Shown: positions 1 through 13,659 of the stretch, one piece after another
Layout: every line of letters begins with the position of its first letter
Position numbering within the stretch: position 1 is the stretch's first letter
Origin: Octopus sinensis
Taxonomy: Eukaryota
Assembly (NCBI RefSeq): GCF_006345805.1
Contig: NC_042998.1
Coordinates: 67,084,001 to 67,148,000, forward strand
DNA: 64,000 bases
Direction of reading: 5' to 3'
Notes under the pieces: model-generated
What the model saw: the letters and a program-made list of their open reading frames with translations, nothing else
Database searches by the model: none
What the model was told of the DNA's origin: nothing
Program-made: the position numbers and the translations under genes

Positions 1-54
1 CATTATTTGTATGTGTTTATGCGTGTGTTTTAGAAATTTTAAATACAGAATACA

Positions 55-275
55 TTTATATAAGTATGTGTATACATACATACATATATATAGGGACATA
101 TATGGATAAGTATGTATGTATATAAAATCATACACTTATATGCATACGTATATATATATATATATATCCGTACATAAGTAAACGCATATATATATATATA
201 TATATGTATATGTATATATATATGTATGCATATATGTGTGTGTATGTTTGCATGTATGTATGCATGTATGTATAG
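55..275. repeat. Compound (TA)/(CATA)/(TG) microsatellite
   Basis: Directly visible low-complexity dinucleotide and tetranucleotide tracts. Confidence 0.9.
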
Positions 276-1698
276 CTATCAATTTAATAATTTGTCTGTG
301 TATTATGAATCAATCTAACCGTCCATCGCTTTAAATACGAACCGATTTATCTTCGTATCTCACTGCCTACATGTCTTTATATCTCTATATGTTCAGCAGT
401 CTTGCACGCACAAACCAACGTTCTCAAAATAGACTTTAATAATATAGTATATAATCATAGGTTAATGATATTGTTGGAATAAAGTAGCCGGTCAATTTCC
501 TTCCTTTTTATTCCTTCATAACTAGATTCAGAATATGGAAAATGGAAATTCAAGAATAGAATTATTAAAGCTTGTCTCACAATTCGGTTGACTGCTGTCA
601 TAAATGACATTGGAATGTTATGTGTTTTTAAATTGAAAGGGTCTCTAGATAGATAGTTTTCCCGCCTCACTAATTTCCCTATCTCGCAAAATATCTGAAT
701 TGTTTGACATTTTGATATGGCTTCAGATATTGGCTGAGACCAAGAAACTTATGTGTGTACACGCACACAGACGTACAGTCACGCACAAATTTATTCGGTT
801 CATTACATAAATACCGATGAACAAAGATGTGGAGAGTGGCACATGCCTGGACTTCATTTCTTCTTTACGCAAGTTTAAATGCCTATACATATATATGTAT
901 GCATATAAATACATATATGTATTTATGTATGAATGTATATATGTATGTGCGTTTATATATGTATATATGTAGATATACATGTATGTGCGTGAGTGTGCAC
1001 ACGCGCGTCTATTTACTCGCAAATGCACATGTGTATGTATAGTTATGCATGTAGCTGAGTATATATAACTCATCGTTGCACCGCGTTTCTTTGCCGGTGT
1101 TCGGAATTTAACTTTAACGATTATCCAAAGATTAGAAGCTACAATTTCTGAGGAGTGATTTCATAAAATATGGGCCGAAGCATTTTAACATAATTGTTGG
1201 TGTGCCTCTCAAAGCGTAAAGCTTTATCGTGTTTTAAATTGTGCACACCTTATAGTATATTAAGCGTAAAGAAAAAAATGATGATGGAAACTAAAAGGAT
1301 ATCCAGATAAGGAAATTGTATAAACCGAAGACGATTACAGCATAAAATTAGCCTTGTTCCCCTCGTATTTTAATGTATTATGATAATATATAAATTGTCA
1401 TTTCAAGATCTGCCAGACGCATTCGTCTTGTGCTGTGAAGCTGTTAAATGTAAAAGGCACTTCAATCTATAATCCCATACGTCCAGTAACCAGCATCGCG
1501 GTTGCATTTATAATTGCAGAGTCTGTTTTTTAGTTCTTGTTTGAGAGAAACGGAAATTTTTGTACCAGAATGTACGACAAGAAGAGACCGTCTTGATGGT
1601 GGATTATACTGCTAGGAATAATCACGATATATTCTTTTAATAACACGATACAAAAGTAAGGAACTGAGGTAAACATCATGTATTGGAACCCTACTTAC

Positions 1699-1756
1699 CC
1701 TCAAAACGACGGAATAATCATGCAGGGCGTACTGTTTCTCTTTGACAAGAGATGAC
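1699..1756 (-). other. Candidate 58-nt coding exon (xSSLVKEKQYALHDYSVVLR), unassigned
   Basis: Minus strand reads ttgtttttattttggcccAG|exon|GTAAGT. Only one of three frames is open. No protein family recognised. Confidence 0.25.
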
Positions 1757-3016
1757 CTGGGCCAAAATAAAAACAACTTTCTAGAACATCAGGTGCCGTC
1801 CTTTTTCTGTTCGTTTCCTCAACTAACGTTCGGAATTACAATTAATATTTTATCGCATGGACCCCCGTATAATAATACCTTACGCCACGTTGAAGATGTT
1901 AAACTTTGGTCACTATCTTGTCATTAAATAAAATGCTAAATGATGACGTAGAATTTAGTGAAAACCGTAATCAATAATGGATTACAAAATCATGACTTTA
2001 ACCAGTGACTTAATTTTGTTTGACTACTGAACTGAATGAAAGCCGACTTTAAACGAATCACAGAAACAACATAATGAAGCAGAACATAAAAGAGAAATAG
2101 AGAATGTGTGTGGCGATACTGAAAGAAAGAATTGATTGCATTGTATCTGATTGGATAGTCTTAGACGAAACAATATTTGAACATGCAAGAATGGATAGGA
2201 AACGTTTCTTCGTTGAATATATTTAAAAATGTTAAACATATTAGTCAGTAGCTTCTATTAATACACGCCAATGTAGTTAATTCAAAGCTGAAAAAGTAAC
2301 CATATGACTGGATATCATTCTACTTTGCACGTTCGTGAGATCATATATTTAAAAAGATTACTTAAAATTATAGTGAACAGAGAAACAATCTTTTGTAGGG
2401 TTAGTATTGGAGGTGGGTTATATCATAAATGCAAGTTATAACAAAGGGATATATTTTTACAGTAGAAGTACAAAATGTTTAAATTTGAAAGAGAAATGCA
2501 TAAACATGTACAGAATATGTGAATAAGAAAAGAAAAAAAAAATCGAAAAGTGATAAATGTATTACTGAATAAATCTGCTTAAATTGTTGCATGAAAAGAA
2601 AAACAAATTGCACTGTCGAGAAAAAAAATGAGGACGCGGCGATATGAGGGCTTCAGGTTTTTGAAGGATGTTCTTTTACGTTTGTTTTTAATTGGTATTT
2701 GATTAAACTCTCAACTTCCTGGACTCAACAAAATAAAGAGTTCTTATATTCCCCAATGAATTAATCAACTGTATTATTTCGGCCTTTTGATAACAGTTAT
2801 AATAATTTCTTTTATTAGCCACTGGGGCATAGATGAGGGTGATATCACAGAGCCAGATAACAATTTATGTGGAGAGTTACGTAGGGGATCTGATGAAAAA
2901 ATGGTAGAAACTAGTGAAATGCGATAAAAGTACACATTATATACAAAGTGATAACATGAATGATTCAACCCTCCTGATACCAGAGAAACTCTAACTAGGG
3001 CCAAAGAAAGGACCTG

Positions 3017-3050
3017 TAATAATAATGATAATAATAATAATAATAATAAT
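3017..3050. repeat. (AAT)n microsatellite abutting R4-like fragment
   Basis: Visible (TAA)n run. Confidence 0.9.
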
Positions 3051-3051
3051 T

Positions 3052-3965
3052 TTCCCATCTGGAATATTTATAATGTCCTCTGCATTTCGCTTTTCCATCT
3101 CCGTAACCTGTTCGTTTCACTTATAATGTTTTTGCCACCGAAATTCTAACCAGAATTCCCTTGCTGCTTCGGACTTTGGCACACCATTCTTTCACTCCCA
3201 TTGTTCCCTGCTGGCAAGACTTCTTTTCACCGTCTCTGAAGAACATGTTCTACTGATACTGATTATTTCGTTATTGGTATCTAGTTTTGTCCTTACACGA
3301 TATTGCCTTAATTCTTTGTTTTATCACTTCTTTAGTTTTATTCCTCTGTGTCTGATGCCGAACGTTTTTTTGTAGCTCATTCTTTGTCTTTCCTTCATCT
3401 TTTCAATTAATACGTTTATCTTTCAATCACCCCTTTTGAGCTGTTCAAATTGATCCTCAAAAATCACTTACACCGTTGTTTCGTCGAGATTTTACATCCC
3501 CAATTCCTACTGAAAAAGTAGTTGCACACTATGCATTTGCTATATTCTCAACAGTTATTTACTTTTTAACGTTGTTTAGCCTCTTTACTACTTTACACAG
3601 TTTTTCCCGTCTCAAAGTTTGTTATCTCATTTTTTTTCACGAATTTGTATCACAATTAAACGCTGAAGTAAGCTCATTTTCTCCTGTAATATACATCTCC
3701 GAAGTAAAACTTGCTTTCACTCTAGTTTCTATATCTCCTATAATTGATTTTTCTTTTTCCTATTTCATATTCAATTTCCTCTTCCACGTAGCTATGTTCT
3801 TCAGCTTGTACAGTTTTGAAGATCTCTTTCAGCTCAACTAAAATAGTCATTGTCATTTCATAATTATATTTTTTAGATATACAAATCGTTGTTCCTTCAA
3901 TGGCTAATTTATGCTTCCCTTTCCTACATCTTATTTCCAGAGAGTCCCTCTGTAAAACATTATCC
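3052..3965 (-). mobile_element. R4/Dong-clade non-LTR retrotransposon, degraded pre-RT (N-terminal) region
   Basis: Broken minus-strand translation KLKEVIKQRIKAISCK..RYQ*RNNQYQ*NMFFRDGEKK and VPKSEAAREFW. These match the R4-type ELKQR..AK..K.KRY..R..QY.QN..F and P..EE...FW motifs. Many stops and frameshifts. Confidence 0.7.
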
Positions 3966-3989
3966 ACTTCTTGGATTTTGTAACGGTTT

Positions 3990-4700
3990 CAAACTTGTGA
4001 GCTTGTAAGGTTTTGTCAGTGTGGATGGACATAACCAAGAGGATGGTGACGTCGTTGTTGTCAGAGAATATTCGGCTTATTCCTACAACTTGTCACTTAT
4101 TCTGTATAACTCTTGCCTGAGAAGGTATACGTTATCTTCTCATGCCTGTCAGTACATTCGGTCGTTACTAGTGTCCAGGCATCGAGAAACCATGCAGCTA
4201 ACGGATTATTCCGATACAGATTCTCGCTGTGTGTATCTGTTCCATCATTTCTGGTATGATATTAATAGAATCTGAATGAAACAAACTTATTTTCTACAGT
4301 AATTATCAGATTTTCTGTTTCTGCTTTCAGTACAGTGCCATAAAGATTTTTTTCTATCTACATTTGGCTCGCGTCTGCCTTTTCCATTCCTTTGGATTAC
4401 ATCCCATGCACTATCTTGTCCCCACCTCGTTTTCTACAATTGAATCTGCTCACGGTGTTTTGCATTCTAGTTCAATCGTTTGGTGTAAATTTTTGTCACT
4501 TCACTATTTGTCAGTATGATTTCTGAGATATCAAACTCTTTTTTGAAGTGCTCTGCTTCTTTTCCGATTGAGCATATCTGATATTTTATGATTCGGAAGT
4601 GTAATTTTTTTCAGTTTCTGCGTCAGTTTTGTTTCCAGATCTTTAGTAGCTATATTAATGATTAGTTCTGAGGTAAATTAGATCTCATTCTCCAAAACTC
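3990..4700 (-). mobile_element. R4/Dong-clade non-LTR retrotransposon, degraded post-RT region
   Basis: Minus-strand remnants DKIVHG, LKAETENLII and a decayed CCHC segment (SE*SVSCMVSRC...Y), resembling the R4-type K.MHG / LK.ETE.LI.A / ETV.HI.SGC motifs. Confidence 0.6.
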
Positions 4701-5477
4701 TTTGTCGATGCTCTTGGATGGTGATTGGGCAGATGAGTTGGCAATCGTGATGTGAATAACTCACAGATGAACATTTTCTCTTGAATAAATTGCACTACTA
4801 CACGAAATATTTTCATTAACTGACGTCTTTGTGCACTGTACGTGGATACAGATGGTTTGCCAAAAATGTTTTCATGTTTGTGTTCCATACATCCACTATA
4901 CAGTTCGCCTGAATAGATGTGTTGCCAAAACCATTTTCATTTTTATGTGTCATATATCAGAGAAAACAACCAGATTGCTTCTCTCCTACAACAAGTCATT
5001 AAATACTAAAGTCGGTGAAATGAAATCAATGTTTATATTGAAGGAACAGGTGGGCACGTTGATACCTGCACATAAGATATTCCTGTTGTCTTTCAGTGTG
5101 ATTAATAATAGAATTTTTTTATCGAATCCCGTTTCCGCGACGAATCGCATTCATTTAACAGCAGAATCAGTGAAATATATCTTCGACTAACATTCATACG
5201 TAATTATCTTCACAATTGCGCGTTTCTTATTTGTAAGATATCAAAGAAATAGCCCCACAGCAAAAATGCCAATTATCGCTACGAAAACATTCTTGTAAAT
5301 TGTTTTTAGATACTACCAATAATATTCACTGAAGATAGCTACCTGTGCGGAAAAGTAAATTACCTACAAGAGTAAGTAAGAAATTACTATAAAAAAAATG
5401 CCGATAGATTTTTCTTTCGTTATATTTTTTAATATTTTTATGATAATAGAAGTGAAATCAATAGGAATTCGTAAGCG

Positions 5478-5544
5478 AACACACACACACACCCTCACAC
5501 CCACACCTACATACACACACACACAATCACAAATATGTATACAT

Positions 5545-5576
<32 letters not shown>

Positions 5577-5732
5577 AATACACACTACATATATATGGAT
5601 ATAGATATAGATATATACATATATATATATACACACAATACATATATATACTACAATCATCACAATCATATATACATGCATACATATTCCCACACACGTG
5701 TACATATCTGTGTGTATGAGTGTGTGTGTGTA

Positions 5733-5782
<50 letters not shown>
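5478..5782. repeat. Compound (CA)/(TA)/(TG)/(GA) microsatellite
   Basis: Visible tracts; these account for the low-complexity ORFs at 5364-5816. Confidence 0.9.
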
Positions 5783-5784
<2 letters not shown>

Positions 5785-8421
5785 CAATTAATGCTTCTCT
5801 ATTTAAGATGTGGTAAAAACACAGACAGTATCATACTAAATAAGTATATAATATAGATGAACGAACTACACGAATTTTCTAAGGAATCAGTTGTATAATT
5901 GGTTTCCAGTTTTCTTGAGGGTATGCAATGTGAACATGCGATGGGAATCCTATATGTTGTCACTAAGTAAAGTGAAACTAGATACTCCTTGCAAGAATTA
6001 TTTTTATACTTATGTGCCAAGCAAAGTCTCCGTCTAAATACCGGCCGCGAAATATTAGTTTTATGATTTGTATTTCAATAAGACACAACTGATATTATAA
6101 ATCTGTATAGTTGATGTTTGCGACACTCGTAGAAAAGAGTATTGTATTTTGAGAGAACTGAAATGATTTCTAAACTTTTGTCTTTCTCATTTTGCCACTG
6201 ATTTGCGTTATATGTTAAATATAAGCAAAATGTATTGTACATGTATTATATCAAATATTAATTTATAATAGCAAGATCTCCTATATATATTTATACAAAT
6301 GAAATTACATAATCTAATACAACGCAAACTACATTCAACACGACCTCGTATTTACTCGTATAGATAGGTCAATCGATATTATAGGATTATGCAAATTTCT
6401 ACTAATTATATAATCTCTTATACAATCTATCGTGTGTCACTTGTGAGAAGTTATTTGGTTCGGTCTGAACTGAATTATTAAATAATACGTTACAAATATT
6501 GAATTACGGGGACACTAATTTCCTCGGTCTACCAACTTGACACTCATCGGATTTACATTTCTGCTTACTGCCATTGTATATCACAGAGAAAACTAAGTAT
6601 TACACTATCCTCTATATTCATGTAACCATCTCAAAATGCGTGTTAGATCTGTATGCACCGTCAATTAGTGCATAATTCGTGTCTATTCTGAAAATCATTT
6701 GTTAGTGCTCAATATTTTTCATGTGATAGTGTCGTCTCTCATAGTTATTCAAACGTTGAATTATTGTTAAACATTTAAAAAAAAACAACAGTGATGTATT
6801 GCATACATAAACCCTTAGTTACACGTAAGTGAAATCATTGTACTCTTTACATTTGGGAAGAAGGGTGTTGCAGTCTACGAGAAACTATAAACGTTACGAA
6901 CGATCAGAAGCTTTCGATGTTCCCTGGTGATAAATCCTCTAAGTTGGTTCTTATTTATACTGAAATCTCTAATATATGTGTATTTGCGCTGGACGTGTGT
7001 TTGTTTAAACAGCTGCACATAACTACTAATACGAATAGCATCGCTTAATTATGCATGAATGGCATATTCTAGCCTATATGCATAATATTACACGTACACG
7101 AGAATAAATATGAATGTATGTTTGAATAGGAATATGTGAGAATGTGATTTACGATGTGTCCCTGTATACTTTGGTGTGTGTGCGCGCATGTGTGTGTTTG
7201 TGTATGTGCGTAGGTGTTTGGGGCGTGTTTCTACGTTTATTCCAGTGCACATATAGATAAATGTCTGTTTCATTAAATAGCGTTCTTATATAGTATCAGT
7301 AGCAGCAGATACTGAAGCAAATTATATGATTATACTTGGGATTGACAGAGCCCTTGGCACTGGATATATGCTTCACATGTGATAAGCAACAACAAAAACA
7401 AAAGCAGAAGCAAAATCAACAAGAGAGGAAAATAACAAATATGAGAGAAAAAAAATCTCCGCTTCGGTGTCTTTTTCTCTTCGTCAGATCTTTTTGTAAT
7501 TTAATTTTTAGTTTTAGTTTTTAGTTTTATTCATCTGCTTTTTATGAGATCAAATTTTCCTGACATGCATATTTCACATTTAAACTTATTTAAACTATTT
7601 TTTACATAATTAGTATTAAATATTTCAGTTTCAGAACTTTTATTGATCTACATTGCTAAGCAAATCATGAAATGGGCTTCAATTTTTTTCTTTATTTTCC
7701 TATTACTCTACGTTTTTCTATTTGGTTTATTTTTTATTCATTTATCGTTTTTTTTATTTTTAATATGTGTGCTATTGCTTCAATATTTGGTAAATCAACT
7801 GAAAAACAGAGGCGACTCGCTGTCTCCATTGACAAAAAATTCATAATAAAAATATTTCATTTGAGGCTACATTATTTCGCGTGCTTTTTATTGTTATTTA
7901 TGTTTAATAATTAGAGTGTAGGTTTATACTATCTTAGCATACTTTACAGTGAAGGGAAACAAATTGCTCTCAGTGAATTATTGTAGTTTTATAGTTTATG
8001 ATGCATTAGAGCGAGCGGAATTCCCACTCCACCGTCTTTCATATTGCTTCCAATTATTTTCAAGTTTGACGTTTAGATAGAAAACATTATGTACACGACA
8101 ATGACCGTTTATAAACCAAAGATCATTTCCCATATAACAGTGGAAAAAAACTATAATTTAAATCAATAAATGTGTAACGCAGACATCTTATAACGATACA
8201 TGAGACACTCGATTTACAAATTCTTGTCATGCGTTCTAGTTCATGACCATTGGCATTGCAATAATAAAGAACTGGTTCAAATTAATTGGTTAGAAATTCG
8301 CTAATATTTAGAAGCTTAATTAATGCTGAATATGATTATTTAATCATGTTTAATTAATCTTTAATATTGAGCGTAATTTGTAAACTAAAATGTTTGAAAA
8401 CCTAGTGGCATAGATTCTGCC

Positions 8422-8832
8422 TCATACAATTTTAGATTTGCTATTCAGCATCTTTAAGCAACTGAACCAGTCAGATAAACAAGCATATGATGTTCTAAAG
8501 TAGAACCAATCATCAAATATATTATAACTTAGCATAATCTGAAACAGCTTCTTAGCACCAAATCTATGTAATGTATATTTAACAAAGCTCGGCGTGATGT
8601 TGCACAGATTGAGAGCCGGATTATCCCTTAAAATACGTAGAAACTGAAAACTGGTGATTTGATTGTTTGGGAAACACCTATGTATCATACATAATGCACT
8701 TGGAATTGTAGATATAAAACCTTCTGCTGCTACGAAGTGTAATAGGAACCGATAAAGGTGTTTTTGGTTTATACTAAAGCTTGCATACAAATTCATGGAA
8801 GTTACATTCAAATTAATTCTCTTTTCTCCAGG
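8422..8832 (-). other. Unassigned open reading frame (~137 codons stop-to-stop), possible exon or TE relic
   Basis: ORF track 8422-8811. Normal-complexity peptide in AT-rich DNA with no recognisable domain. Confidence 0.2.
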
Positions 8833-10039
8833 CTAGTTGATTTACATGGGTAACGTGTAAGTGATCTTATTTTCGTTCAACCTTGCTTCAGCTCGTAACA
8901 TTCAAAGTCTGCTTTTCTTTTCAATAGGAAATCGACAGTGCTGTTTTGTTGAAAAAAGGCGTTTCAGGGCGAAAATATAGTTTTCTAAACAAACCACAGT
9001 GTTTCATTATTTATCAATTAGATACCTTACGATGGCAAATTCTTGTAAGAAAGGCTTCCTTTCAAGGATGATTAATGCAAAGAAACGATACGGTTTTTCC
9101 TTTAAATACACTGTTTCTAGTGTTTTTAAATACCTACGATAGCGAAACATATACATCATAATGTTCAGTTAAGAAAACTACTATACTTCAATCTTTTTAT
9201 TGTATGGCAGATTCATAATGTTGTCTTTATCCATTTTTGACTCCATTAAAGTGGATGTTTTCATGCTTTATATCAAATGACAATCCTCGAAGTTCAAAAG
9301 ACATAATTCTAAAATAGTTACTATTTCGTTTGAAGACCTAGTTCACCACAAATACCATCAAAGCTACAATAAAGAAGCAGCATGCACTTATTATTGTTAA
9401 GAGATAACCGACAATATAATTCAAGAAAGCCGAACTAATTAAGAGAAAATGATGCATTGCTGTTTAGACAGAAATGTCTTCCGGACAGAAGACTGTTGTC
9501 GCTTTATATTGTCCATTAATAAAAGCGAATGCTTTGTATAGGCAAATCACTCCCCGAATCTTATAACAGAAATAATGTCATTCATAAGCTTTCCGTATTG
9601 ACTTAATTTAGAGTTTCTTCCTATCAAATCGGTATATAGAAATCATTTCTTTTGTATTTTGAGGAATTTATGTTATTAAAGTTGGTTTGTGTGTTAAAAT
9701 TGTTTATCAGAGACAGCACATAAATCTGATTATGCTATTATTAGTAGTATTAGTATTATTATTGTTACCATTTTTCATGTTACTATTGTCGTTTGGGTTG
9801 TTGCTATTGTTAATGTTGCTGCAGTCGTTGTTGTTCTTGCTGCTGAGGATAATGATGATAGAATGATGTTTCTTGCTCTGGTAAGGTGATTGTTTTTACG
9901 AGCTCCAAAATGTTTGAATAAAAATCACGTTCCTGTAAAAAAAAATTATTTCTTTTCCTATTATATTACTAAGGCACTGTACTGAAAAACTCGGAAACAC
10001 GTTCTCCCTAACGAGGGTTGTGTTAAAGTTTCTGGTCTT

Positions 10040-10042
<3 letters not shown>

Positions 10043-10105
<63 letters not shown>

Positions 10106-10160
10106 ACTCACTCACTTTCTCTCATTCTCACTTTCTCTCTCTCGATCACTTTCTCTCTCT
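10043..10160. repeat. (CT)n microsatellite
   Basis: Visible tract. Confidence 0.95.
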
Positions 10161-10211
10161 CGCTCCCTCATTCTCTCTCTCATATTATATAATGTGTAGT
10201 GTATATCTCTT

Positions 10212-10431
10212 TACTCTTTACTCTTTTACTTGTTTCAGTCATTTGACTGCGGCCATGCTGGAGCACCGCCTTTAATCGAGCAACTCGACCCAGGGACTTA
10301 TTCTTTTGTAGGTCTAGTACTTATTCTATTGGTCTCTTTTGCCGAACCGCTAAGTAACGGGGACATGAACACGCCGGTATTGGTTGTCAAGCAATGCTAG
10401 GGGGACAAACACAGACACACAAACACACACA

Positions 10432-10477
<46 letters not shown>

Positions 10478-10642
10478 TACGACGGGCTTCTTTCAGGTTC
10501 CGCTTACCAAATCCACTCACAAGGCTTTGGTCGGACCGAGGCAATAGTAGAAGACACTTGCCCAAGGTGCCACGCAGTGGGATTGAACCCGGAACCATGT
10601 GGCTGGTAAACAAGCTACTTACCACACAGCCACTCCTGCGCC
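10212..10642 (-). mobile_element. tRNA-derived SINE with internal (AT)/(AC) microsatellite (octopus-type family A)
   Basis: Minus-strand head GGCGCAGGAGTGGCTGTGTGGTAAG (A box) ... GGTTCAATCC (B box), then body, microsatellite and tail ...GACTGAAACAAGTAAAAGAG. Paralogues at 22756-23140 and 36788-37385. Confidence 0.85.
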
Positions 10643-10863
10643 TGATATCACTATCTTCCTTGCAAACTCAAAAAGTATGACATCAACAACCTCAAAAAAC
10701 GGAAAAAAAATATTAAATATGGGAAAGATCAGGAGAATTCTCCTAAGAAAAAAGAAAGCGAACGTTGTAACATGCATACACATGTGTATGTACAGACGAA
10801 AAAACTATAATTTCCTGAAAATTATTTACACTAACACACAAACGTGAACGCCGTTGTTAGAAC

Positions 10864-10944
10864 CTACTACTATTACTACTACTACTACTACTACGACGAC
10901 GACGACAACGAAGATGAAGGAGAAGAAGAAAAAGAAAAGAAGAA

Positions 10945-10979
<35 letters not shown>

Positions 10980-11038
10980 AGAAGAAGAAGAAGAAGAAGA
11001 AGAAGAAGAAGAAGAAGAAGAAGAAGAGGAGGAGGAGC
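10864..11038. repeat. (TAC)(GAC)(GAA)n compound trinucleotide microsatellite
   Basis: Visible tract; produces the poly-K/R/L ORFs. Confidence 0.95.
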
Positions 11039-11559
11039 AACATTTTCATGGGTTTCTTCATGCTCCAAGAGAAATTGTAAACAAAAGCATTTTAAAAGGG
11101 TACACTTGTTTTTGTTACCCATGGAAAAGAAATGCCCTATATGTATAAAGTAGTGGATAATAAGGAGTTCTTGAGAGATAGGTGAACCGAAAGAGTACAT
11201 TTTGCTTGATAAGTATGTCTAGTAAATAGCAAGGAGAGGCAAGTCACCTATTTCCATGTTAGCTATCAATTGTCAATTAAAAGAGTAGAATTCGACCGAC
11301 GTATATAAGAATATTGTCTTCTTACAGCATTCCATAAAGTGTCCACTTGCATTTGAGGACAGAGTAAGAAATGAAGTAGAAATTATGAGGCAAGACGAAA
11401 CACGTGCAATTACAAATCAGTCGTTAGATTAAAGAATTACAAGGTTGAAGATCAGGTTCCTCTGCCATGTCGTTGATATTGCGATATCTTGTTAACTTTT
11501 GCATCGCATTATGGGTGAGTGAATCGATGAGAAGTGACATGTAATGTGGCGGGATCAGA

Positions 11560-13320
11560 ATGGGCTTACTTGAAAAATTGCCCGGTGATAACACAGAGGT
11601 TTAGGAGGTGAAGACATACCAACTGTGAAAGAACAACCAGTAAAGAGTCTTGGCTGATGGTATAGCGATTTATTAAATGATAAGAAGCAAGGGAAATAAA
11701 GACACGAGTTAGTAGAACAAGGATTGAAGGCAATTGACAGAACGCTGCCAGGAAAACTAAAATATTGGATACTGCAATTTGGACTGTACCCATTGCAAAT
11801 GTACGAAATAGCCTCGAATAGAGTAGAAAGGATGGAACAAAGATGCAGTGTGTTTATCAGAAAATGGCTTGGTCTGCCGAAACCACTGAATACAACTGCA
11901 CTATATGGAAAACACGTGCTGCAACTACCAACAACATCAATCGCCAAAGTATATAAGGTAGGAAAGGCAAGAACAGTAATGATGCTTAGGTATTCAAAAG
12001 ATCACAGCATCTAGGAAAACCCTCCAAATGTACGAACAGGGAGGAAATGGAAGGCGGAAGAGGCAGTAAACAGAGCGATCGGAAAACTAAGGCACGCCGA
12101 TATAGTCGGAGCGACGCATGAAGCAAGAGCCGGCCTAGGATCGCACAATTTCAGGCCATTTTGCAAGAGCATTATAAAAGAGATGAAAGAGGCAGTGGTA
12201 AACGAAGTGAGAAAGGAGGAAGAACAAAGGCGAAATGTACATTTGGTGCAATGTATTCAACAGGGACAGTGCCTGAGATGGGAGGAATATGTGATCAGCC
12301 GCAGAATATTATGGAAGGAAATTTGGGCTTGGGAACAAGAAAGAACATCCTTCCTGATGAAGTCTACCTTCGACGTTCTTCCCTCACCCGTGAACTTAGT
12401 CCGGTGGAATATAAAAACAACCGATGAGTGTAGATGCGGGGAGAAGGCAACGGTAAGACATGTTCTGTCAAACTGCAGACTAGCACTAGAAAGATATACA
12501 TGGCGTCATAATCAATTCCTCGGCACCATAAGTGCAGCACTTAAGGAGAAGATCGAGAGGTACAATAGGGGAGAGTACCCAAAAGTAGAAAAGCGAAGGA
12601 AAGTATACCTCCAGAAGGAGGGAAAAGGATATAAAACCAGACCTACAAGTAAAATATATGAGATAGACGAAAGATGGAAGGGATACTGAGAGGTGGCCAC
12701 GGATTTGGAAAGACAAATAATATTTCCACTAATAAAAACGACAAAAAGACCAGATTTATTCCTATGGGACAGAGAACCGAGAATAGGAATTTTGCTAGAA
12801 CTGACAGTGACATGGGAAGAGAACGTCGGCAATGCAGAGAAACGAAAGGAGAAGAGGTACGAAAAACTAATCGAAGAGTGCAGAGAACAGGGATGGACTG
12901 TCGAATATTACCACCTGGCAGTGGAGGCTAGGGGCTTCATTGAAAGGAAAATGACAACATTATTTAAAAGAAGATTTGTTTTTTTCTAGCACCGAGCTGC
13001 GTAAACTAATAAGGAGAGTACAGGAGGCGGTCGAAAAAGCCAGCTTCTATATATGGCTGAAGCGTGAAGATCAAAAATGGCTTGAAAGTCATAACATGTC
13101 AACAGGAAAACAATATCATTAGGGAACAGAGAAAGAAGGAGAAAGAAGACATGCACCCAACACCAGAGCTGAAGACACCTCCGAAAGAGGGGGTGCCACG
13201 TCAATACGGTAGAGGAGTAGGTGCCGAAACCGGACGTACTTCCTCCTGATGATGTTTGAGCTAACTGGATCCTATAAAGGAGCTGTGTGGTAGCAGACCA
13301 CGAAACACGGTTGAAATTCC
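11560..13320 (+). mobile_element. HERO-like RLE non-LTR retrotransposon, 5'-truncated copy 1 (RT C-terminus, CCHC finger, restriction-like endonuclease, 3' UTR)
   Basis: ORFs 11724-12014, 12183-12689 and 12693-12989 lie in one frame. Motifs: EDIPTVKEQPVKSLG, QQGQCLRWE..RRILWKEIW, STFDVLPSPVNLVRW, CRCGEKATVRHVLSNC, RYTWRH, RPDLFLW..ILLELTVTWEEN..KRYEKL. In-frame stops at 12012-12014 and 12687-12689. Confidence 0.9.
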
Positions 13321-13659
13321 TCGAGGCTGAGCCTAGCTATGGAATAAGAGAGAAAAGGTCGTGAGACATACAGATCAGGATAAAATGTAAGAAAAAGAGT
13401 AAGAAACAAGATAGATATTTTATTTCAAAACCAAAGATGATGAAAGGTGAAAGGAACGAGTCACGTCGTTCTGTACCTTAACTTCGTAAGTGCGCTCTCA
13501 TCGCTGTTGATCGGGGCTAATATAAATGGTTTTCATGTCAATTAATTTATATCCTTTTTTAAGAATTATTCTGTGTTTTAAAATACTTATATTTAATTTG
13601 TGCATTTATGAAGTTTAATTACATTTGTTGTACACTCTCTCTAACCACAATTCATGCAT

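Noticed and set aside
2885-2920. CTGATGA...GAAACTAGTG
   Set aside because: No stem II or stem I, and position 17 is G.
7455-7495. Minus-strand CTGACGA...CCGAAGCGG
   Set aside because: GAAG instead of GAAA, no convincing stem II, no cleavage triplet.
13246-13312. CTGATGA...CGAAACACGGTT in the HERO 3' UTR (also 40140-40210) as a hammerhead
   Set aside because: No pair at the base of stem II, stem I does not form, and copy 2 has GAAG. Kept only as conserved 3' UTR sequence.
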